32,000 bases of DNA. It comes from Chrysochromulina tobinii (lineage: Eukaryota). The stretch is taken from positions 7,533-39,532 of the forward strand of contig JWZX01003258.1 in NCBI GenBank assembly GCA_001275005.1. The letters run 5' to 3'. Under the pieces are notes generated by a model, which worked only from the letters and a program-made list of their open reading frames with translations, was not told where the DNA came from and ran no database searches. Position 1 is the stretch's first letter, and each line of letters opens with the position of its first letter. Below, one piece after another: positions 1 through 9,900 of this stretch. The translations under genes were made by a program, and so were the position numbers.

Positions 1-319
1 CATGAGCTGCGGCTGTGCAAGACGCTGGTTGCGCGAGACAGCCTCACGGAGGTTCTCACCAAAAGCAAGTTTCGTTGTTTGGCAGCGCGCGCAAAAACAT
101 CCTACATGCCGTTGACACCTCGACCAATCCATAGCCATGAGTTTCCTCGTGTACATGTACATGTACCCTGCGCAAGGGGAACATTTGTCTTGGTGGGGAA
201 AAATTGTTGGCTGCCTCACTCGTGATTGCATCCGTGATGCGAAAGTGTTTGACCCCGCGCTTGGGGCTTGCTCGTGCCAGTCCACCGAGCCCCCGTCATC
301 AATCAGCCGATACTGATTG

Positions 320-1558
320 ATGCCGTCCTGCATAGAGGAGGAGCTCGAGTTCATGAGCCTCTCCAGCCGAGTTGAAGGCGGCGAGGAGAAGCCTATCTCG
401 CCGCGCACGATCAAGCGACCAACCAACCCGGTCGCAGTTTGCCTTGAGAAGGCCTCAACCCTGTCCTCTCCTCGGTTGAGTGGGCTTTTCTGCGGGCCAC
501 CGCCCATGCCCCCGCCCGAGGACGCCGTCATCACCAAGCGTCCGCGCCTCGAAGCGAGCGAGATGATCCCCTGCGTGACTTCCTCCCACGAGGATTTCGG
601 ATCCTCGTTCGAGAACCGCTTGGGCTTTGAGAGAATATTGCCAACCGAATTGAATCGGCATCGGCTGTCCGCCTTCCTCAAGCAGCAGCAGGATGTGCAC
701 CGCCTCTCGCAGCAGTCGATGGCTGACGGTCTCTCGCATCATTCGTCGCCGCCGTCGCTCTCGCCGACGATTTCGGACGGGAGGCGCTGCGAAGCGAGCA
801 GCAGCCGCAGTTTCCCGGTGCTCTCGGCTCAGGCCTCGCCCATCTCCAACCACATCACCTTCCCATCGCCAGGCTCGAGCGGCCACGACTTTTCCACGGA
901 TGCCGGTGCCGCCGTCGCCGCCCACGACGTTCCCGGGATGCAGGACGCGACGATGGGTGACCCAAATATGGGTGACCAAGGCTCCCCGATCGCCCTCGCC
1001 ACGAACTCGGTTTACCGGGCGCTCCGGCTCGACGCCACCGCCATGCCCCCATCGCTGCCCCCGTCGCTGCCTCCCTCGCTGCCTCCCTCGCTTGTGCCGG
1101 GCGGCAGCGGCGACAGTGCCGCCGCGGCGGCTTGGTGGCCTGCGTGGCCTTGTAGCGTGGCAAGACGCGCCGTGCCACTCAACGCCTCGCATGTCCCGGA
1201 GGCCACGGCGGAGTTTCTTTTGTCCACCGGCGCCGACACCGCCCTCCCGCCGCCCGACACGACGCTGTATGGGCTGGCGCGTCCACAGCCTTCCCTAGCT
1301 GACGTCGTACATGTAACGCCACAGCGATTCGGGCAGCCGTTCCCCTCTCGCATGCAAGTGCTCGCCACGGCGCCTTCCTCGTCAGGGCAGCAGTCTCCCT
1401 CGTCTCCATCGGGCGTTTGGTCCTCGCAGTGGTCTCCTGCGACGCAAACGTCGTCCCCGACGTGTGCGCTCGCAGGCGCCTCATCGATGTCTGACTCCAC
1501 CCTCTCCAAGGGCACGCACGACGCCTTCGGCAGTGGCTTCTTTGGCTCGTGCCCTTGA
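320..1558 (+). CDS. Hypothetical Ser/Pro-rich protein
   Basis: Longest ORF in the left flank (the track start at 317 is TTG; first ATG at 320). Contains a basic KRPRLE stretch and many Ser/Pro. No recognised domain. Confidence 0.4.
   Translation: MPSCIEEELEFMSLSSRVEGGEEKPISPRTIKRPTNPVAVCLEKASTLSSPRLSGLFCGPPPMPPPEDAVITKRPRLEASEMIPCVTSSHEDFGSSFENRLGFERILPTELNRHRLSAFLKQQQDVHRLSQQSMADGLSHHSSPPSLSPTISDGRRCEASSSRSFPVLSAQASPISNHITFPSPGSSGHDFSTDAGAAVAAHDVPGMQDATMGDPNMGDQGSPIALATNSVYRALRLDATAMPPSLPPSLPPSLPPSLVPGGSGDSAAAAAWWPAWPCSVARRAVPLNASHVPEATAEFLLSTGADTALPPPDTTLYGLARPQPSLADVVHVTPQRFGQPFPSRMQVLATAPSSSGQQSPSSPSGVWSSQWSPATQTSSPTCALAGASSMSDSTLSKGTHDAFGSGFFGSCP
1048..1095 (+). repeat. 12-bp tandem repeat encoding PPSL x4
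   Basis: ccatcgctgccc ccgtcgctgcct ccctcgctgcct ccctcgct; protein PPSLPPSLPPSLPPSL. Confidence 0.8.
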
Positions 1559-2458
1559 AGAGCGAGAAGGAGAGCGAGGAACAGCGGCCTCGCCCGCCGC
1601 GGTCTTGCCCAAAGGCTTGCTGAGCGGACTCGTCTGCCTCTCACGTCCATCGACATCCCTCCAACACATGCACGGCACAACCCCCGCCGGGCGGCCCTCT
1701 TCCAGCTCACGTCGACGCTCGTCCCCTTTCAGCAGGCGCCAGCGGTCCGTGCCGAAGTGGGCAGGCGCGAGGTCAGTCAGCCAGTCAGACCCCCCGCGCT
1801 CACCACACCACCGTCTCAAAGGACGGCTCCGCACCCTCGGTCAATCCGAGGTATTCACTGTGTCTTTTTATCGACTCTTATTGTTATTCGGTCGATAAGG
1901 ATATATGAAACGTCCTCGATATTTACGGATACGCACGCCATACGTACAAAACGAAAAACCGGGTAACCTGGAGTTTCAAGTCGTGAAAGGCTCGACAGTG
2001 CCCGTTGCCCGATCCCCAATATTAACCGGTCGATTGGCGCCGGCGTCGTAGGAACTTCAATGCGTGCGCGCACACTGTGCAGTGGCCTCCTCCAGGCGTG
2101 ACCACGTGCAATTTAAAATAGAATTTAGCGGCTTACGAAGGTATTTTTGATTTTATCCTATACACGAGCACGATAAAGACGCGGCCGGCCCCCAGTCTGT
2201 GTCGCTCGCGACTGTCGACGGTGAGCTCGTGAGGAGGGGCGAGAGGAGAGGTTGCCTCTTATGTGCGAGTATGTGCGAGAGGGAAGAATGATACACATGT
2301 CGCCTGAGCCCCCCTCACGCGAAGGCGCCGAGATCACGCGGTCGGAAGGGGCGCCATCATTGAAGGGGGAAGCGGAGCCGTTGGAGTGTCAAAGGCTCTG
2401 AGAGGGAGCGACGTCACGCTCACGGCCGCGACAAGGGGCACGCCCGTGGGCGTGCAGC

Positions 2459-3265
2459 TCAGCTGTCGCGCGTGGGGCTCGAGGCGCTGGTCGCGTTCGC
2501 GCGCAGCTTGAGCTTCTTCAGCTGCAGCAGCGAGGTCACGCTCTCCGAGAAGCCGTCGTCGAGCGGGCGCTTGGCGTCCGCGGGACACGAGCGGGGCGAC
2601 GAGGGCACAGATCCCCAGCGCTGCGGAGGGAAGGCGTAGTCGGTGCGCGCCTGCAAGCGCGTCGGCTCGCTCAGGCACAGGGACGGGTGGGCACCGCCGA
2701 GGCCCACGCTCTGTTGGGGCGGAGGCGGCGTCGCCGAGTCCCAGTGTACTGGCTGGTCTGGGAGGCGCTGGCCGGGGGGCCCATCGCCCAGTGGCCCCTC
2801 GTCCGCCACGCGTCGCTTCTTACTCGAGCGCCACGCGCCGCCGTTCTCATCCGCACTTGCTGAGAACTCGCCCGCCTCTTGCAGCCGCTCCTTAAGCCGC
2901 TCGATCAGGCTCACAGTCGAGTGGCCTTCCCTCCGCAGCCGGCTGATCTCGTCCCGTAGCTGCAGGATCTTGGCGGCGTGCGCCGGGCTCGCCCCGGTGC
3001 TCGCGACCACGTGCTGAAGAGATGGGCTGCTGCTGCTGCTGCTGCTGCTCAGGCTGCTGGCGTCGGTGGCAGCCGCCGGAGGTATGCTGTTCCGGTGGTG
3101 CGGCTCCACCACCAAGTCATCAAGCAGCTGCGATGAGGCGGCGTCGGCCTCGACACCAGCGGCTTGCAGACGCTTGAGGCGCTGGCGCGCGATCGCGCGG
3201 AAGGCAAGATGTGCGTTGCGGAGGGCAGGCTCCACCACCTCGGGCTCCTTGCCGCTGCCAGGCAT
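2459..3265 (-). CDS. Hypothetical low-complexity protein with Ser run and a short coiled-coil-like segment
   Basis: 268-aa ATG-initiated ORF; ILQLRDEISRLRREGHSTVSLIERLKERLQEAGE looks helical; KRPLDDGF...LLQLKKLKLRAN near the C terminus. GC-rich sequence makes long ORFs easy to obtain by chance, so support is moderate. Confidence 0.4.
   Translation of the reverse strand: MPGSGKEPEVVEPALRNAHLAFRAIARQRLKRLQAAGVEADAASSQLLDDLVVEPHHRNSIPPAAATDASSLSSSSSSSSPSLQHVVASTGASPAHAAKILQLRDEISRLRREGHSTVSLIERLKERLQEAGEFSASADENGGAWRSSKKRRVADEGPLGDGPPGQRLPDQPVHWDSATPPPPQQSVGLGGAHPSLCLSEPTRLQARTDYAFPPQRWGSVPSSPRSCPADAKRPLDDGFSESVTSLLQLKKLKLRANATSASSPTRDS
3026..3050 (+). repeat. Trinucleotide (GCT/CTG)n run, coding poly-Ser on the minus strand
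   Basis: ggctgctgctgctgctgctgctgctc within the 268-aa ORF, translated SSSSSSSS. Confidence 0.8.
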
Positions 3266-3968
3266 GTTTCCGAACGCAGGCGCGCGCAGAACCTGCGAGC
3301 AACCGAAAGAGGACGAGCACGATGTTGAGCTGTGTTTCAGCGGCCGCAGCTACAGACCGGGGAGGTGGAAAGGCTGCCAGGGAGTTTGCAGCAGGGCGAT
3401 TGGCCGAGAGCACTGCGCACCGACGAGCGGTCTGTGGCTAGAGCTTGTCGCTGTCGAGCGGAAGGGTGGTTCTAGCCTTCCGCTTTGTGCACACCACTAG
3501 CACACCCAGTAATTGCGACGCACCATCAGACGACTATGAATGGTCGGTCCGTTTCGTCGCAGTCCAACAACGCTCCAGGCTCAACGCTCCACCGTTTCAA
3601 TGGACGGGTCCGCACCCCACGGTCAACACAAGTACTGAGTACTCGCTCGCACGTGCTACTCAATTTCACTGTGACTCCCCGTCCGCGCGTCCCTGCATTG
3701 TGTCTTTGTGTGCTGCCTGTGCGGTGCCGGTGTGGCGCTCCGGCGTGGGGCGCAGGGGGTTGCGCGGCGTGCGCGTTCTCTATATCTATATCTCTAACTC
3801 AGCCCCCAAAAACAGTAAAACTCCCCGCGCTCTGTGTCGCGAGGCTGCTTTGGATACTGTAACTGACTCACAAAGCTGTTCTCTCTCTCTAGTTCGAAGT
3901 TCCTCTCAACTGTTGTATTATTCACAGAAGTGGCTCGCTCATCAAGAGCGTCCGAGCGTTCAGCGGGT

Positions 3969-6900
3969 TCAGCTCCCTGGGATCGCGATTCCCTCCTCGG
4001 CTAGCTGGTGAGACGTCCGTTTGCACGCCGCGATGATCTCGTCCACATCCTCTTGCGTGTGCGCCGTTGTGAGGAAGCATGTCCGCCCCTCCCAACAGTA
4101 GACCCCATTCTGGAGGAGAGTCTGAAAGAAGACGAGATTGAGCCGCGGGGGCACCTGGAATCGAATCATCGAGCCGAAGTGGTCGATGCGCAGGGCGAGC
4201 CCCTGCTGAGCCCACCAGGCATTGAGACTCGAGGCTAGGTGCTCCGCTAAGCGATCGAGCTCCGGGAAGAGCGCGTCTCCGTGAGCCACGATGTGATCCA
4301 GCACGGCGCCCACAGCAGCCATGGCAAGTGGGTGCTTATGAAACGTACCCTCAAAATAGGTCGTCTCCAAATAGGTCGTCGTGGGCACCGAGGATCGCGC
4401 GTCGTCGTGGGCGTCGCCGCCACGAAGCTCGTTGCCACCGCTCACCCGCGCCAAGATGTTGCGAGGCCCGGCCACGCAGCCCACAGGAAAGCCCCCTCCA
4501 AGAGCCTTGCCATAGCACGAGAGGTCGCAGCGGATGCCAAGTTTCTCCTGGACCCCGCCCGCGGCGACCCGGAAGCCTGTGACGACCTCGTCGAACACTA
4601 AGACGATGCCCCGGCGCTCAGTGAGCTGGCGCAGGGCTTCGAGGAAGGGCTTGGGAACCAAGCCGGGATTGCGGTTCTGCACCGCCTCGCAAAAGACTCC
4701 CGCAATCTTCGCGGCGTGCTCGTCGATGTACGCGAGCGAGGCCTCCGTGTCATAAGGTAAGACGATGAGATCCTGCGTGTAGGAGGCTGGGATGCCCGGT
4801 GCCACAGGCGAGCACAAACCCGGCGCGCTCGGGTCGGCTGGAAAGCCGAGGAAGGCGTCAAAGTGGCCGTGGTACGAGTTCTCGAAGACGACTACCTTCG
4901 AGCGCCCGGTGTGGATCCGGCAGAGGCGGTAGGCGAGTGTGGTGGCCTCGGAGCCCGTGGTCACGAAGACACAGCTCTCCATGCCGGTGAGGCGGCAGAC
5001 CGTTGCAGCATTCCTTCGGGTCACACCATGCTCCCAACCAAGGGCCCATTGGTCGTTGCGAACCATGGCCAACACGGCATCCCTCACGAATGGTGGATTG
5101 TGACCGTAGACGACCGCGCCGAAGCCACCCGCGAGGTCAATGACCCGGTGCCCATCGGCGTCGATGACGTGGCAGCTTCCCGCCGCGGCCGCCGCGCCCA
5201 CGATTGGATGGCATGCCTCCTTGAACGGGAGGCAGAAGTTAGCAATGTTCCGGTTATCGCTCAGGCTCGGCCGCGCGCTCGCCACGTAGGCTTTCGACTG
5301 CACATGGGCGGCTTGGTACGCAGCCAGCAGGCTCGGAGAAAGCTCGGGTGACACGCCTGCGACGTCGTACGGTCGGATAGGGCGTGCAGCAGGCCTCGAG
5401 AGCGCCGTCGTGGGCATTGGGCTCGCGCGCGCGGGCAATGCGAGAGCCGGCTGCAGGGAAGATGGCTCGGAGGATAGCCGGGGCGATGAGACGGGCGAGG
5501 CCGGAGGCGGCGACGGCGGCAGCGATGGCGGAGGGGATGAGGCCGGGGGACCGAACCACTCAGACGATGATCCAGCCTCAGAGGGTGGCAGGGGGGCAGA
5601 GGATGGCGGGGGCTCGGCGTGGTCGAGGAGCAAGGGCCACACTGTCTGCACAAACCACAGGACGCTGGTTTCCCGTCCGCAGACCGAGAGCTCCCCGCCT
5701 TGAAGGTGGCAGTACAGGTTGGAGGAGAAGTCGAAGGGTCCTGACGCCTCCTCCATGGCAGCTTCCATGGCAGTTTCATAGCAGTTCTCCCACGGGAGGT
5801 GGTCCCCGATCGGCGACGGCCCAAGTATGTCGCCGTCTGGCCGCTCCACTCCGTCGTAGCCGAGGAAGTTGAGCTGCACTCCATCGTACGTATTCTCGTC
5901 GTAGAGCTCTCCGAATTCTCCAAAGGCATACTCGGCAAAGAGACGGCGATAGATGGGTGCCAGGCACTGCATGGTCTTCAGAGCGCGCCGAACATTCTCG
6001 TCAAACGGCAGGGCCGGCTCGTGCTCGAAGATCGCACCATACTCCCGTTGAACCATCCCAAAGATCTTGCTGTTGCTCGAGTCGCGGCAGTTGTCCGTAA
6101 GCAAGAATGGCCCGAGCCGCACACCGAGAGCTTCGAGCGTCAGCACGATGACCGTTGCGTAAAAGGCCTCGGCCAGCGGCACTCTGTTCTCCTTGCTGAT
6201 CCGATTCACGAGTGCGGGCATGCCGGGTGGGACCACGAGACTCTCGGCCTTGTAGCAATTGCATGCCCGATTGGCTGCGATCATTTCGGCTCGGAAAAGG
6301 GGCGTCGAAACCACCCGAAAGACGTCGCCGAGCATCTCGTCAGTCCGGTACTGATGGTAATCCATCGACACTAGGTGGTCAGCTTCGGCCGTGTGCCAGG
6401 TGCCCGTTTGATCGGAAAGGAAGCGAAGGGCGAACCCGTCGAAGAGCAAGTGGTGCAAGTGGAGCATCCTGTCCCCGTGGCAAAAATAGACGAGATTCGA
6501 GAGGTCGTCCAGCTGCCGAGGCGACGCAAACTGCGGCAGGTCGTCTTCGCTGCGCTGCCCATTCCAGCGCCAGCGCCCGGTTTCATCACAGGCGACCACC
6601 GTTCGAAGGCTGCAATGTGCTCTGAACCACCATTGGGCGGCCGCGACGTCGGTGGGGACGGCGTACCAATATTCCTTGGGGTGCTTGAGAGTATCGACGA
6701 GGTAGGGGCTCTGGATGGGCCCAGTGGGTCGGCTGGATGGGCCGGGGGGGTTGTGAGGGCCCAGGGCTGGCAGGGGACGCTGCAGCAGCAAGGTGGTTAC
6801 ATCCTCGGGCTCCTCGTGGAGCACAAAGTCATCGGGGATCGCATGCAAGATGGAGGTGCCGGGTGGGGATGGGGTGAGGGGTCCGGATCTCCCCCTCATC

Positions 6901-9900
6901 TCCGGAGATGCCCTCGGAGATTCCCTCGGAGATGGCGTCGGTCGCCGGTTCAGGACATCGTCTACCACTCCCAGCAGCACATCGGCCCTCATCGTGACCC
7001 CGAGGTGATGGAGGTGATCTGAGATGGCGTGTGCTGTGGGACATTCGAAGACGAGAGTAGGTGACAAGGTGTAATTGGTCAAGGCGCGAAGGCGAGCGGC
7101 GAGACGAACAGCACCGACAGATGTCAGGCCCGAAGAGATCAGAGGTGCATCCCAGATCCCCAGCGACGGCTGCACAAGCGCCTTCCAGCTTGGGTCCGCT
7201 GGTGGCAGGGCTTCGCCAGACAGCGAGAACGACCTCCGCCGGAATCGGAGCCCGTTTGCCGGGCGAGGCAGAGACTTCGAACTGGACCTAAGGACAAGAA
7301 CAACGTGCGCGATCGTCCCACTGTAGCCGAAGGAGCTCGTGCCCCCCATGGCGCTACGAGTGGCTACCCTCTGTGCGGGCAGCACGTGGCGCGAAGCAGA
7401 GCCATGCAGGTGAGCACTCACGTGCGGATTGAGCTGTCGCAACTGAGCGTTGCCAGCAGCACCGCCCTGCAGAGCCTGCTGCAGCTGTAGCAGACCGAGC
7501 TGCCCCGCGGCCGCTTCGGCGTGTCCGACACTCGCCTTGACCGCACCTACCACGAAAGGTAAGGGGCGCGTCGCATGGACCGCGGCTATGGCACCCACCT
7601 CCGTCGGGTCCCCGAGCGCCGTACCGGTTCCGTGCGCTTCAACATAACTCCACTCGTCGAGGGAAGCATTCGAACGGCCGAGGGCCGCAAGCAGCAACAG
7701 ACGCTGCGCCGAGCCGTTTGGCGCCGTGAGACTCGCGGACCTCCCATCACTTCGAACCGCGCTGCCGCTGAACAAGAAACCTGTTTCGCCGCCACACTGC
7801 ATGACGAGCGCACCCACGCCCTCGGAGCGAACGTAGCCATTGGCACGCGCATCCAGCGTCTTGCAACGCCCGTCCACTGAAAGCATTCCTGCTGCGGCCG
7901 AGCCAAGCGTGCCATGTGGGACGAGCTTCAGGCTTACCGCGAGCGCGAGTGCATCGGTGCAATCGCCCCCCTTGACCGCGAACGAAGCCCAGTGCGCCGC
8001 CGTCAGTGCCGATGCGCACGCCGTGTCTATGCTCGAGCACGGACCCTGCAGCCCGAGGACAAAGCACAGCCGTCCGGCCGCGACAGAGACATTGTCACCT
8101 GTCATCGCATACGTGGAAGCACGAGCTTTGAGTGGCTGAGCGAAGATCCAATCCGGTCGCTCGATGCCGAGAAAGACCCCAGACTCGCCTCCCAAGAGAG
8201 AAGATCGACGGTGCCAAGCGCCGTGCAGAGCGGTGTATCCATGCTCAAGCAGCAGACGCTGCTGAGGATCCATCACATACGCCTCCTCCGTCGAGATCTC
8301 AAAAGCTCGCTCGTCGAAGTGATGCGCGCCTTGGAGGAAGCCGCCATGAAGGACGCACGAAGCCTGCACGTTCGTGAGCTCTTTGACGTCCACTGCGAGA
8401 GACAGTACCCACCGTGCGACAGGGACGCTGCCCACCGCGTCGCCCAGCGCACTCGTCAGCTGCGCGCAGGCCGCTTCACTGCTGCATCCGCCGGGCCAAC
8501 GGCCAGAAGTGCTCACAACCCTGATCTCGACACCACCAGCGCTCGCCAGCTTCGGCACCCTGCCAACAGACGTAGCACGCGCCTCCCCCAGCTGATCAAG
8601 CACGTGAGCTGCCACCGCTCGCGCCGTTGGATGCTCAAAGATGAGCGTCGCAGATAAAGGCACTCCTGCCAGAGCGCGCAGCCGCGATGCAAGCTCCGTC
8701 GCCGCCAGCGAGTCGATACCCACCTCCATCAGCGGTGACTCCGCTTTCAGCGCCACCCGCTCACCCGGCACCAGCGCTTCCACAAGCCGCAACACGGCTG
8801 CTTCCGCATGCGCCCGCCGCTCGCTCACAGGCAGCGCGCCAACACTCTCTGCGAATGATGATCGCGATGCCGGCGCTGCCAACGCAGAGCTCTGGTCACG
8901 CTCATTACGGCGCTCATACGCCGCGAGCTCTTCGAAGCGCCGCTCCGACGCATCCGACAGGTCGCTCAGCAGCTCTCGCACCTCGGACCGATGCACGAGC
9001 TGCACGCTCCGCTCAAGCCCACGATCGCACACGCTCAGCTGCGCCGCGAGGCACGCTGCGTACTCTTCAAGCGAGATCCCGCACATGCCCACCATCGACA
9101 TCTTACGCGATGCGAGCAGAGCGTACCCAGCAGCGCCCATTCCAGCGCCCCCAACCATCGGCCACTGCACAGCGAGCGACACAACTCCGATCTTCCGCCG
9201 ACAGAGTGCGAGACCGTCAAGGCTGCCGTTTGCTGCGGCGTAGCTCGCTTGCCCAACGTTCGAAAGGCCGGAGCCCACCGACGAGAAGAAAACCATGCAC
9301 TCCAGAGGCGTCGATGCCGAGCCGCAGTGCAAGTGCCACGCGCCGACGGCTTTGGCGGCGCCGACGTGGATCATGCCGCCGAGCGTCACGTCGCTCACCA
9401 ACCCCGTCGCGTTCTCGCCTGCTGCGTGCAACACGCCGCTCGTCGGCTCGTACTGCAGCAACGCTCGAATCTGGGCGCCGCATGCAGCGTCGCAGCTCAC
9501 CACGCAAGCTTCTGCCATCACTCCCACCGCCGCCGCGCTCAGCCTGCAGCTGCGCGACGAGAGCACCACACGCCGCGCGCCGTGCTTCAACAGCAGCCCA
9601 GCCGCTCGCACTCCCAGCCCTCCGAGCCCGCCCGTGATCACATACGACCCGCTGCTCCTCATCGCATCTTGACGGCCACTGCTGTGCGCGACGTTCTTCC
9701 GAAGACGAGACACGAGCCGCGTGCCGCCGCCGCTCCACGACACCTCCGCCTCAGCATTGCCCATATGCAACAACGCACGAGCGACGGCTTGCGTCTTGGC
9801 ACCTTCCGATGCAGCGACGCTACGCACCGTGAGCGCCGTCAGCTCGAGCCGCACGACGCGTGCCAAGCTCACCGCTCCACCGTGGGTCGAGCCACTCAGA

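Noticed and set aside
151-166. Self-complementary gtacatgtacatgtac as a possible regulatory palindrome
   Set aside because: Short simple repeat with no supporting context; insufficient evidence for a function.
455-1192. Antisense and alternative-frame ORFs of 60-300 aa throughout the window (e.g. 455-1192 minus, 8687-9637 plus, 8991-9926 plus)
   Set aside because: Arg/Ala/Pro/Ser-rich translations without recognisable motifs, overlapping well-supported coding sequence; expected by chance in GC-rich DNA.
6880-6945. Short repeat tctccggagatgccctcggagattccctcggagatgg as a possible regulatory or structural element
   Set aside because: Lies in an in-frame Pro/Ser/Arg-rich linker (PTPSPRESPRASPEMRG) between ACP7 and C2; coding low complexity is enough to explain it.
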